Notes under the pieces: model-generated
Seen by the model: the letters and a program-made list of their open reading frames with translations, nothing else
What the model was told of the DNA's origin: nothing
Database searches by the model: none
NCBI GenBank assembly: GCA_050084515.1
Contig: CM114271.1
Location: forward strand, 34,906,001-34,970,000
Length of the DNA stretch: 64,000 bases
Origin: Blasia pusilla
Lineage: Eukaryota
Direction: 5' to 3'
Position numbers and translations under genes: made by a program
Part shown: piece by piece, positions 14,721 through 27,165 of the stretch
How the letters are laid out: the number at the start of each line of letters is the position of its first letter
Numbering within the stretch: the first letter of the stretch is position 1

Positions 14721-15095
14721 ATCTTGTTGGATTCAAGAACGCAACCCTTGATGTTGGGGAAAGCTGGGTTTACAAGATTGGGCTTGACAAGGGCCAATGC
14801 GGAGTATTGCCCATTCATGATACCAAAATCCTTACGTGGAGCGGGCACGATACAGTTTATAACCTGACATGAGGTCATGGTGAGGATTTGACCAGACATC
14901 CTTCAGATGAGTCCGTGGTGAGAGCCAAGGCGATAATGATCGATGTCGAGTCTTATGATGTTTTGGTTGGAGGAGCAGTGTTGTACTTAGTAGGATTAGA
15001 TTTGGATTACAGGAAGGAGTCACCATCCTACGGACCAAGATGGAATTCGGGTGATGGGCAACTTAGCTCGTTACTCATTCGGTTTATGAGTGGAG
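14721..15095 (+). pseudogene. Retrotransposon aspartic protease relic
   Basis: ILLDSRTQPLMLGK (DSG mutated to DSR) ... SYDVLVGGAVLYLVGLDLDY. Confidence 0.75.
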
Positions 15096-15439
15096 TGATT
15101 GAGCAACGATAATGAGAGATGGCGACTCATGCAGCATTTAGCAGCGCGATTATGTGGCCTAAGGATTTGATTGAGAGTCGTGTCCACAGAGAGTAGACAC
15201 CCGTGACCAACACCCCTATGGAGAGGAGTGCTATCGTGGGAACATCATTCTATGAAGGAGAGGTGCCTTTGTAGGGCTTGAGTGGGACGCTTTGACGCTT
15301 GGTGGAAGAGCATGTGCAGATGGTGCATGTGGAGTGAGATGTTTGCCTTAGAGCGTGACGGGTTAGAGGAACCTGAGGTAGTTGGGAGTGCTACCATGTC
15401 TCCCTTGGACACCTTATCCATTGTATGGCGCATCCTAGA

Positions 15440-16030
15440 TGAGGGTATTCAAGTGTTGGATCTCTTTGAAGGGATCAACACTAGGTTGGCTAAAGTTTTG
15501 CAAGTAGGAATCCGTGTGCAATAGTACTTGTACATGAAGCTTGATGAGGTTGTAAGGCACTTCTTACTTCAACATGTGGTGAAGTTGGGCCTCCATTTTC
15601 GTGACTTTGTTATCTGCGTCGGACGTGTAGGGATACTAGAGTTCCTTACTAAGGGAAATTTCTTTGGTGGGGGCACATGAATCGAGTCGGGTGGGGATTC
15701 TTGATTTGGTCATTATAGGTTGGCCATATTAGGGCCAATCAAGTATTGGAAGAGCTAGTGGTTTAGTGCACAAATTGTCTGGGTTATTTTGGAAGAGGAT
15801 CTTGCGATACTCGTAGGCAGTTAAAAACATCATTCCTGATCTCTAGCTTACATTCTGGATGCGTACCAATCTTAGGTGATTTGCGGTCATGAGTGGTGAA
15901 GAGTGCACATTCCGTTCGTACATGAGTCGACCATGCAATATTTTAGGATGCGGCAAGCGTGGGTTCACAAGCACATCGCTGGCGTCTATAGTGGACCAAC
16001 TTGGTGCTACATGAGGTGTTGTGCAACGTT
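15440..16030 (+). pseudogene. DNMT3-like C5 cytosine DNA methyltransferase domain embedded in Gypsy pol
   Basis: Ordered motifs: I IQVLDLFEGI (~15447-15476); II YLYMKLD; IV DLVIIGWPY*GQS (15703-15741, from GWPCQG); GL...SGLFW; VI AYILD/..PILGD (~15845-15880, frameshifted ENV); VIII DAASVGSQAHRWRL*WTNL (15947-16003; compare DNMT3A DAKEVSAAHRARYFWGNL). Motif X is not recognisable. Confidence 0.85.
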
Positions 16031-16444
16031 GGATGAGGTTACAACATGTCGATCACGGTTGTTATACTTGTGAGCCCCATGCCTACCAATACGGCCCATA
16101 AAATGGTTGGGGGCGAGACCCGAGAAGATCGACATATCATGGATGAGCAGGAGAGACACCCTTGGACTTCTTGGAATGCTTTGCAGGTATGCTGGGAGAT
16201 AGTAGCCATAACATCGAGGATGGCATATGATCCTCCAGACCGAGGACATGAGAGTTCTAAGTTAGCTATAGGAGAGCAATGGAGTGTTATTGTTCGAGAT
16301 GGGGTTGCACCATCGCAAGCACGGATACTCATGCCAAAGAGTCCTACAATAGTCACGATGGAGACTTGGGAGCCAAATATAGACGTTGAGTTGTCTAGAG
16401 GAGATCAGCGTCGAATACCTTAGTTCCTTAGGAGTCATAGGAGT

Positions 16445-18028
16445 TTTTTTACATTCAATATGCATGATTTTGGTACATTGAAGGGTCGGAGGATTTGCAT
16501 TGAGTTGTCTAACAATACATTGATCTTCCGATGACCCAAAAAAAAGATTGAATACGGGCAAAGTCCGTGTCCGCAGACTTGACATGTCCATGTCCGTGGA
16601 CTTTTGTCCGTCCTTAAGATGAACATATCTATGTGGGTGCGGGTACCGACAGCCCGCACCTCAACCCGCCCCACCCACAATGTAGCCCCGGGTTTGAGCC
16701 GCCCACTAGGCCACATCTAGTCTAAGAAGCGTCACCAGCTTTGTAGTCGGCATTGGCCTGCGTAGGGCGGGCTATGGTTTGTGGTTTGCATAGGGTCAGT
16801 TCAGGCCAAGGCGGGCTTAGGGCGCGCCAATTTTTGCCCGCCTCCCTTAATTTGAGCGTACACCAGTTCCCATCCGGGCCATGGGGGTACCAAAAAGATC
16901 TAGGCGGGGGATCTATTTGGCATGTCTGTTTCTGTGCAACCATGCCTACAAGTACATTGATATGGAGAGGGTCCTCAAAGCAAGAGCCATGACTTTTTTG
17001 GAGCAACACTAGTGGAGATGTCGCATGAAGAATATGCATCTGCCACTATTATGCCCACAAAGAATGATGTTCATCGCAAGTGGACAGATACCATTAACTA
17101 TTTCAAATTGGAAGACAAGAAGAATACGATATTTTGGGGCATCAATCCTCACAAGAAGGACTATTTTGTTCAGGTGGCAATTCTTACCATTTTCGTTAAG
17201 GACCGCACGTGGAGAGATCGAGAGGGTAATGGATAAGATCTTGGCAGGTCTGGATTTTGCTAGGTGTTATATTGATGACATCGTAGTCTTCAGCGCAACA
17301 ATTGAGGAGATTTGGACATTTGGAGGAGATATTTCGACAATTACAATTACATGGGTTAAAGCTACATCCATGTAAGTGCAAATTCTTTTATGACCAGATT
17401 GAGTACTTGGCTCATAGGATATACCCATGTGGCCTTGGTGTTCAATAATGAAGGTAGAGGCTATCTCACGCATTCCACGCCTTATAGATATGAGTCAAGT
17501 TTGCGCATTTATGAGACTAGCGCGCGAACTTTTATAGACGGTATATAAAGGGTTTTAGTTTGATTGCGAAGCCACCAACCTTGTTGGCCAAGGTGGATCA
17601 CAAGTGGCACTGGGACAATGAGCAAGAGAAAACATTCCAACTGCTCAAGGATAGGTTGACGTCCATGCTGATGTTAAGGGGACCTATCGAGTGTGTCTCT
17701 TTGAGTCGCATACAGATTTGAGTATGTTGTAACAGTGCTCACCCAACATAATGTTGAGGGTAGAGAATTCATGATTACTTATACTAATCGCTCGAACAAT
17801 GCTGTAAAGGCGAAATATTGCTCGTTTGGGACGAGTGCTTGATTGTAGTATGGATCATCGCACATTTTAGGTATTATTTATTCACAAACCCTTTTACCAT
17901 TATTATTGATATCAACCACTTAAATGGTTGATGGAATTTGACTAGCTTAGAGGGAATCTTGCGTGGTTGGCTCTATCGTTGTAGGAGCATGATTTTCAAA
18001 TGGTGAATCGAATGGGGATGCTGAACCT
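16445..18028 (+). pseudogene. Gypsy reverse transcriptase and RNase H relic, interrupted at ~16538-16944
   Basis: FR*P|YKYIDMER, LVEMSHEEYASATIMPTK, MDKILAGLDFARCYIDDIVVFS (YIDD 17268-17279), HTD and YTNRSNN RNase H motifs; ends MLN at 18028. Confidence 0.9.
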
Positions 18029-18669
18029 TGTCGTGTGCATACACATCGTTACACAACATACATCGTTGTCACCGAACACACACAAACACGCATGGTCTCA
18101 TGCTAAGTCATGCCATCCAAACAACGAGACAAAAAATACCAAAATACTTCCAATGAAATAAGATCCAATCTCTCTCACAACACCATAGTTCTCACATGTG
18201 TGCACTCTCACATATCTTTCTCAATGACAAACCAAACTCATTCTCCTAATGAGGGGCTTGAGTTACATTCATAAGGCAAGGGACCATAGCTCCGCTATTC
18301 CGTGTTAAGAGGTTCAACTAAAAGAGAATGAGCACTTAAGCTCTCTCCTTGAGATATACCCCTCCCCTCCTCCCAGACTCTCTTCATGATAACTCATGCT
18401 CCCAAGTCACTTCCTTAGCTCTTAACATGACGTAGGAGGTCAAAGGATCACTTACTAAAAATAGAAAATTGACCATATACTCAAAATGGTATTCATATAA
18501 AATAATAAATTTCTCAATATGGCTACATATGAGCCGAAACGAAAGGGAAACCTGCTCTCTCAGGTTTCCCAGGGCCTCAATAGGTCATCTTCAACCTCCC
18601 GGATCTATCCTCCACTAATCACGAAGGCGAGCTCTACTAGAGCTCATTACTATCCTAAAAGACGTGACA
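18029..18669 (-). repeat. A+B terminal repeat unit (641 bp)
   Basis: tgtcgtgtgc...gacgtgaca; flanks acct (left) and agtt (right). Confidence 0.92.
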
Positions 18670-20270
18670 AGTTGCTTCACGAATAACATATAACTTGCTC
18701 CATCCAAACAGGATCCTTCACGTCCTTGAATGCTTCATATGATGTTGATGCTATTAATATGACATCGCGTATCCTCAATGCTATCGCGATAATCTATTGT
18801 TATAAAAACTCTATCTGAGCAACCATCCCAACCTCACACCCCAGATCTCCCTCAACTCCTTTACGTGGTAGATCTCTACTTCCACCACAGACATACCCAC
18901 GAGAAAATCCAACCCCACATCCCCTTGACACACAAGCTCTAGGCCAACCGGGACCTCTAGTGACCTCTCTAGCCCTCGATCTGGATGTAAACTCAGGGTG
19001 CAAGCTAAAACAACCAGTGCAAGTATAACCATACCGCTAGCAATTGTTACATTGAAATACCCCTAATGCATGCCCATCCACTCTTCCATGCTAGGACACG
19101 CGTCCACTTTCTTGACAATGGGCTCCATCACATGCCAAAAAAATTAACTATTGGCATCTTTTGCTGACCCGCCTATGATGACATGGGTTGTGGTGGCACA
19201 TGCTTGCGATAACCTCCCTGAGCTCGTGATACCATATTCCTTTTTTGCAATACACATTGTTACACTTGTGATGTAGGAAATTGTGATTACTTTCATGTGT
19301 AACTCATGTCTACTACTCTCTCCTCGACCACATTGCGTTCACTGCACTCTGCCATCTCAAAGATATTTCTCAACATAGGTGAGGTGTGCATTAATAATAC
19401 CATATCCCTCACCTACATGTATCATTCTAATATCCCAAACCATGATTGAACAATCTAGGCCTATTTCATCCCTTAAATGACTAATCAAACAACACATGTG
19501 AGTAAATTCCTCCCACAAACTCTCCCTTATGTGCCTATGGAAGTTATGTGCACCGTATCTTCTTTGTCCATAACCCCTAGTTATTCCTCTGCAACTCTAT
19601 GAAGAACTCAACCATAGGGTTGAACTTAGGACGAATCCGCCTGGATGACACAAGTGCCCTAATCCAACTTATCCCTCATTGACTCTCACTAGTCGCAAAG
19701 GAAATAACCTTCCCTAGCTGCTCTTCATCTTGAAATGGCTCAGTCCATGACACATATTATGTGTTATAGTAGAGTCTCCATGCATCAATCTTGATCGCGT
19801 ATCTACGGGAGAACTAATGATAATCGCCCATGAACTTCCCCTCTAGGTGTTGGAACATCCCGTAACATGTTGTAAAAGGATTGAACTTCGAAATCTCTAA
19901 TCCTTTACGAAAAAAACACCAACTCATAAACTATGAAGTCATACAACTCTATAGTATCCATTGCTCCCGAAAACCTACTCGATCCCCGACCCAATTTTCC
20001 ATCTAGTTCACCCAAATGGTGGGATTTCACCAACACCCTCACCCTTGTTTAAGAATGAAATAGAAGGACGTCAAGACGGTCCTTCACGTGGAAACTCTCG
20101 AAGCCTCGTACCATTTTACGTATAACCTCTAAGACTACTCTAAAGCACACCACCTCATCTCTCAAAGTCTCAAAAGAACATCGTGATGACCCTTATGCCC
20201 CCTCACATGATCATTCTCAATCTCACGATTAATTACTCAATCACTCAAACTAAACATATAACACTTACTC
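18670..20270 (-). mobile_element. Very decayed gag/protease relic of another LTR retrotransposon
   Basis: Minus-strand LEDTRCHI-like protease motif near 18770 and a Cys knuckle-like remnant near 19250. It appears to continue across the inversion into 14202-14270. Confidence 0.4.
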
Positions 20271-20863
20271 TCCATTACCTCCTTTACACTACTGCTGTAA
20301 TAGCTTATCCGATATAGTAAATTTTTTGATTTAATTCAACTTAATCGATGCAAAAAGAAAACCTACTTGTCATATTGCCCAAGGCCTTAATAAACATCAT
20401 CAACCTCTTGAAATTCTCCTCCAATATCTTCAAAAATATTCTCGCCTATATCTTAACAATAAAGATTATCAACTCGCAAAAGTTTAGTAACTTGGACTCC
20501 ACTAATAATGACTTTTAAAGAGTATTTTGGTTCACACCCATTATCTCAATTTTCAGATCAAACTAGGCCATTAACATAAAAATACCCTAAAACATGTGAC
20601 ACCTTGCATCCCACCTTCTAAGTACTAGTAGAAAGCGGTCTATAAATATCCGCTTATATAACATAAGTGGAGGAGGAAATCCCTGGAAGGCTCATTAAAT
20701 CATGTCATCCCCAATATCAATTCTTTTCTTGCACTATCCACAAAACATCAAGCTCACAAGACATGGGTACAACAACAATGTATATTTGGCGATACCATAA
20801 GAACAAAATCCAAAAGGTGAAAGCACCCTTCTCCAAAGTTCATTGTTTGCGTATTTAATATAA

Positions 20864-21052
20864 AACCCGAGGCTAACAGAAGGCCTCACCAAATGGTTGA
20901 AATTCTCATTGGTTCTACTCTAGTCCAACCCAAGGCTAACAAGAGGCCTCACCAAATGGTTGAAATTCTCATAGGTTCTACTCTAGTCCAACCCGAGGCT
21001 AACAGAAGGCTTAACCAAATGGTTGAAATTCTCATTGGTTCTACTCTAGTCC
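20864..21052. repeat. Tandem repeat, 63 bp x3
   Basis: aacccgaggctaacagaaggcctcaccaaatggttgaaattctcattggttctactctagtcc repeated three times with few substitutions. Confidence 0.95.
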
Positions 21053-22205
21053 ACTGATACTAAACATCCTTCAGCTTTACAACACAAACCCTGATTCTAC
21101 TCCTGGATAGGAAGACATAATGATGAAAGATTATCAATCTAATGGAGAGGTTTGGCATTTGTTTCCAAGGTTGCTGAAAATCTCTCCTGGCAGGACAACA
21201 GGTGAAGCTGCTGGGAGCAAATGCGAAACACATGAGGGCATTCTGTGTATAGAAGTAAGGAAAAACCTGGAGACATTAAAAATCAGAAGATGGAAGAAAC
21301 CCTTGACCACAGCTGGGATTATTGATTTTAGGGTTGATCTCAAGAAGAAAAGACTGAACTGAGAATGAGTTTTTGTCCAAACCAGAAAAAAGAGGTCCCT
21401 GAAAGTAGAGTACTAGAAAGTGTATGGACAGGAAGGTAAGAGGAGAAAAGTGGAGTAAAGATCTACAATACAACGAGACATTTGCGTAAAACCAGCAGCT
21501 CACTTCTGTAATTCTCTACTGACCAACAATTGATAAATCAATCCCATACTGGAAACCATCTGCAACAGGCATTTGCATGCAATCATGCACTTATTCCTAC
21601 ATACGTATACAAGAAGCACAGTGATTAGGAACTCACAGAGAACATCCTTCAGTTACATCTCGCCGACACAGGGAAAAACCTCCGAAGGAATAATTATAGT
21701 TATACCTGCTACAATGACACTCTGGGCTGCTTCAGCAGCTACAAATCATCTCAAATAATGATCAGCTAATATACATCATCGCTTTTGTACTGTTTAGTAG
21801 GCTTTGAACTACTGGAAAAAAAATTCACTGCACAACTTCAGCTCCATGATCACTGAGCTCAATCTACAAAGGGATTGGTGATCAGAAGATCAAGTAACCT
21901 TTATGCTGAGCAAAAAATCACTATTATACAATTGAGACAAGAAGCTCAAGAATGTCCATCTCTGCCAACGAAGCCATAGCATAGGTTACCAGGTTACCTC
22001 CATTCAGACAGAAAGATGACTTCCACATAAATTCTGCACACATCTTGTCACCCGTGACCAAAGCCTACACCTATCACCTGGAGCGTATTCCCATATGCCA
22101 TATCCTTTCATGTAAATGGCGTCCCTTTTCACATTCTTAACTTGTGGATGACTACCTTTAGAAAATGCACCTTTTGACGATTAACTTTTTTTCTGGATGA
22201 ATTAT

Positions 22206-25200
22206 CTATGAGCGCAGTACCACTCCACCAGTGATCCTCCAGCCGCCTTCTCCATGCTGTAGTTCATATCTGGTTGTGTATGTACTTCGATATGAATCTT
22301 TATGTTCTGGATTCTTGTTGTCAAATAGACGAGCTGCCTCTTGCAAAGTTGCTTCAACTATTGCTCTTCTTCCGTCATCACTCACAGTAACACTATCAAC
22401 ATTCAATCCTACAAGTCTATACTCCCAAAACCAGCCATTTCTTGCCACTTCATTCACGCGTTCAGTCCAGCTTTCCAGCATCTTCCCCTCCAGCACCTGA
22501 GCCCAATCCAAAGAAAGTGTCACCACTGAAGTCAGGCTTTGTGGGTAACAATAATGCATTGCAAGCCAAACAAGACTAACCTTGACCGTGAGGTGGACAA
22601 GGAAAGAGCAAGTAATCGATCACAATGAATTTACCTCGGACAGATGGCCAACAGAATGGGTGGCACCGAGAGCTTGTGCTTTAGCAGTCTGCCATTTCCG
22701 GACTATCTGCTCAGCCAGTCTTGCATCCATTTTGGCCAATTCCACTGCCTGCCGTCCCTCCAACAACCCTGAAAGTATCAATCACTGTCACTATTTTGGC
22801 TTGAAGTGGTACAAATCAAATTATGTCAGGCCAGCACAGTTCAGTATTGCTAGGGCATAATCTCCCAAACAAGCCACAATTACAACGTGAACGCTCAACG
22901 TATTGTTTTCTATCAGACCTGATGAGGCTGGTGCTGTAGTAGCAATGGGTGCGCTCTCAACAACATTGTTAGCACTAGGTCGTAAAGGCAGGAACCGCAA
23001 CCCAGTCATAACCAGGGCCCCAAAAACTATCCCAGAGCATGCAATCTGCAGAAGGGTCAAACCACCCTGACTAGCTGTTTGGACAGATAAATTACTGTGT
23101 CCACTTGCAAAATTTCCACTCTCCCCGATATCACCCCAAGCGTGCCCTGGAGGTCTAGTTGAGAGAATTGAAGCAGATGGGCCAAATCCCAAAGGAGATG
23201 ATGTCTCAGGATCCTGAAATTCAGTGTCTGCACTCTGGTGAGATCCATATTGCTCAAAATCCTTGTCCGGTGGATCTGTGGCATACTCCACCTGGTTGGC
23301 CATACCACTTGCTGTACTTTCTATGACACCAGCTCGTTTACCAAGTGGGAACACTTTCTGCAGTGTTGACATTGCAGATGCTTTGACATTGTCTATTGCT
23401 GCACCAATCCTGGAAAGAGCAGTAGAAGATCCCCCTGCTGTTGTTTCCCACTGTTCTAAAATACTTATCACCTGAGGATCATCATAGTAATCACCCAGCC
23501 TGACTTGCAAACTTTCTGTATTCCGGAAGGTGGGGAATACCACCTCTGCCAGCCACCTTTCCAAAAGCTTGCATAAACCAGGAAGCAAGTCTCCATCTTC
23601 ACTTCCCTCCGAATGTGAATACACAAATTCAATTACAGCAGGATCCCTGTACTCTTCAGTGCCATCTTGCAACCCTAAACACGCCATTGACTGGTCAACT
23701 TCGCCCATCAGAAGCCAACACATAGCTCTCTCAAGACTGTGGTCCAGTGGTGCACCAAGTTCACCATCTGACTCCTGTGAGGCTTGCAACTGCCAAAACA
23801 GCTCATCTGCCTTCACAACAAAAACTGGCTTGTTGGCAATGAAGCCTTCCGCTACATGAGCCAGAGCAACTCCATACACTTCAAAGCTTTCTGCTGGGAC
23901 ATTATCTGGTGTTGAGTCCCACAAAGCAACCTGAAAGATTTCAATATGAGTATTTCTTACCTTACTATAATGACCATCTTGATACCTCAGAAACTAGCAT
24001 ATGTATAATTATAGATAGCACATGTGGCAGGTATTGAACTAACTACTAGAACTCATGAGCTTGCAGTTTCTACCAATTGATCACCACTACACTTGACCCG
24101 CATATAGACCATCTGCACATTGAAGCCCAAGCACCGAGTAGTAATCTCCAAGTCAAACTTTAGTTTTCCCCTCATGTCTACCAAGGACATGCAAGGCCAC
24201 AGACCTATAAACGAAGTAAAACTGTACCTGCTCTGCTGCTGTCATGGAAGAAAATGCATCTTTGATGAACTGTTCCCGTGTGAAACCTAGAATAGGTGCG
24301 GCTGCACCTCCCTCACCTACAGCCCACAAGATGCTTCGCAGACCTTGCAGGCCTTCTTCTCTTTGTGAGGCATGTTCTTTGTCTAAAGGCAACGTGAGCA
24401 GTTCCAATACACACCGTGGTGTTAATTCCTCCAAGGTCTGCTCAATCTGTTCCTGCAACCCTAGGGCCAGACTGCTTCCTCCTTCTTCCTGGAAAAATAA
24501 AAATAAACACCTTTTATCATCCAGCAATCAAAACTACATATTCGGTTTCAGATCCTTACCAGCATGAGAAACATAAAGCAAACAGATCAATACAACTCTG
24601 GAAAAAACAGAACTTTCACGGAGTTCACGACACAAGACCTAGATCCAGGATTCTAGACTTGATACATTAAGTCAAGAGACTTAATGCAATTAAGACACTA
24701 AAAGTATATCCTATAGCCTCGTTATTTGTACTCTTAAAGCTTTCCTTGACTTCTTTTGTGCTGGCAGCATGAGATACATGGTTCAAAGGTTTCCAAGGGA
24801 TTGATAGTCCATTAATTGGAAAACCATGGATACAAAGAGACATCTGAAGATGTAGCTCGTTTTATTCTTTAAAAAATGCCTGCAGCAACTGCGATCGATG
24901 ATCAGGGCATCTTGCTGTTCCTGTTAAGACTTTCACAGGAAACTCAGAATGAGCGTGGAACGAGAGAGAACAGGGTTTGTGGAGTTCAGAATCAGGGGAG
25001 TTCAGCCATGGGGCAGAGAGGATTCTATCATAATCTGTTTCAAGGTCTGGTCAAATAGATATTTCTAGGATTGATTTTGGGCTAGGTAATAAATTATTTG
25101 ACGTAGTCTGCCACTTTCACAGATAACCTTCCTTACTCCAGAATTAGTGAGTCGACAAGATCAAATTTCAACCACGAATTGGGATACCTGGCTAAGCCCC

Positions 25201-27165
25201 ACAACTTCTTCTCTCGTCTGTATTCTTGTGCCTCGTGCACCTACAGTCATCCTCTCGGGAGTTCCGTTTTAGGGGGAGTTAGTTGCCTTTGCCGTCATTT
25301 CATCCTCCACGCAAATGTAGCTACGGCCACGATAAAGAATCCTTCTGCAGTGTAGCTAACTAGGAATAGGTACCATAGCAGTATACCCGTGGGTTCTCCA
25401 ACCCAGAGAAACCGTCTACGGGGAAGGTTGCGCATCGACACTTGGCGTCGCAACTTCTGAAAGGCAGAAATCGCTGAGAGACAACGAGCATGCATGGAGA
25501 ACGGGAATGCGCCGCCATGAGTAGATAGTAGAGAAACGTTTAGGTTCGTACAAGGCTCTACACGTCTTGAGAGACTACCTTACGAAGCCGGCTCCACTCA
25601 GTAAGAACCTATTCATAGAACTACTGCATGAGAGACGAAGAGAAAAGGATTGCGGACCTGAAGTAGCTTGAGCGCAGTCTCGAGAAGATCACAACTACGG
25701 ACGACAGTTGGCACGGCTTCGGCCATGGCTTCTCGGGAAAGCTCCACATAAGCCAAAGCCATCGCCAACACCACGTCCCTCCGCATTATCTTGGGCAGTC
25801 GCTCTTCTAACACTGCTAGGCCAGCCTGCAGAACCACCTCCATCTCCCCGACCTCTTGCAGCAAGCAGAGAGCCCCTGAGACCTGAAATCGTAGTGTTCA
25901 GCGCATGCTATCTGTAGCACTTGTTCAACGACGAATGTATCATCGTAAGATAATTCATAATCGCAAAATTCAGAAATCAAAATAAAATTCCGAACACATG
26001 GTGACAATTACTCATAAGATACCTTACTCCATGGAACGTCAACCACCAAGGTACCAGCTTCATCCTCTACAAGGCCCTGATTGTACTCTCCACGTAGCTC
26101 TGGATCAGCTAAAGTGTCGCGGGCTCCGCGTAGAATCTCTAAGCGTGCCAAGAGCGCTTCTTGACTGAATCCTTCCTTAGGCGCGTGTGAGATCCTCGCT
26201 TCGTACGATCGGACGATGGAGTCCGCCAAAAAGTGGGTTTCCGCTCCGAGAATCTGCGAAATACTCCATTAAAAAAAACATCTTGCGTTAGGTATTCGAA
26301 AGGCTACGTGAATCCGGAATAATTAAAATCACCACAGACGAAGATTTCAGTAGTTTCGAAGTCGAAGCAAGCTGGCAAAGCTTTCACTAACTAAGCGAAT
26401 CAACCACTCGCAATTTCATAATTTAGACAATTATCAAAATCCAAATATGCTTGAACGAATGCTGGTTCCTTATCCAGAAACTCATTCCAAGGGGCTGTTC
26501 TTCCACAACAACTACTGCAACTGTTGATTGAAATTATCATACTATTTCAGCCCTCAGGATGCGGCCGAAACATATGCTTCCCGCCTTGCCATCTAACCAA
26601 GGCTGCACTTCAAAGCATTCAGAGGAGATTTATCCGACACGGGGGCAGACAAAATCCAGGTATCCTGAATTTCTTCTTGCACAAAGTTACGAGCCGTTGC
26701 ACCCAAGCGAAGAGTAAACCGTTACTGCTGAATCCGCACCTGATAATAGTCAATGGGTAGGGCAAGAGTTCTCTCGGTCTTGGTTATTGAAGGAAATGGA
26801 GACGCTAACGCATTAAGCACGAAAACGCTCCTGATCGCTCTCCTTTTCGGCTCATAATCAGAATTTCCAACGCACAGAGAAGCTAATCCTGCACTCTCTC
26901 TCCGCCGAAGTGTTGGTGCGTCATGAAGAGAACTACTAATCCCAGGCCCGGAGTCACAGGTTGCTTGAGGTGCATAGTTCAGTCGTCGGTGAAATTTCGT
27001 GCTACCACGAGATCCCACTATTGTTACACCAAACCGAGTTCCCACATCTAAACTCCCACTGGATGACCGGTTGTAGAAAGATGAACCTCTATCAGCACGA
27101 GAGAGAAACGCAACCACTCTGTTTCGCGAGTCCAAAGCAGATCCCAGCAGCGCCCTCTCCATCAT
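22206..27165 (-). CDS. ARC6: Plastid division protein ARC6 (J-like domain, TM helix, C-terminal IMS/DUF4101 domain), ~859 aa, 7 exons
   Basis: Exons 27165-26740, 26253-26023, 25882-25658, 24488-24228, 23930-22919, 22768-22635, 22496-22206; all GT-AG, total 2580 nt in frame. Motifs LPIDYYQILGAETHFLADSI, LPGLCKLLERWL, LGDYYDDP, SYRSTYTTRYE. Confidence 0.95.

Noticed and set aside
15440-16030. Host DNMT3/DRM gene or bacterial contamination
   Set aside because: It is intronless, collinear within pol, decayed like its flanks, and has a non-permuted motif order (unlike DRM).
20864-21052. CRISPR-like array
   Set aside because: Head-to-tail 63-bp repeats with no unique spacers and no cas genes, in a eukaryotic context.
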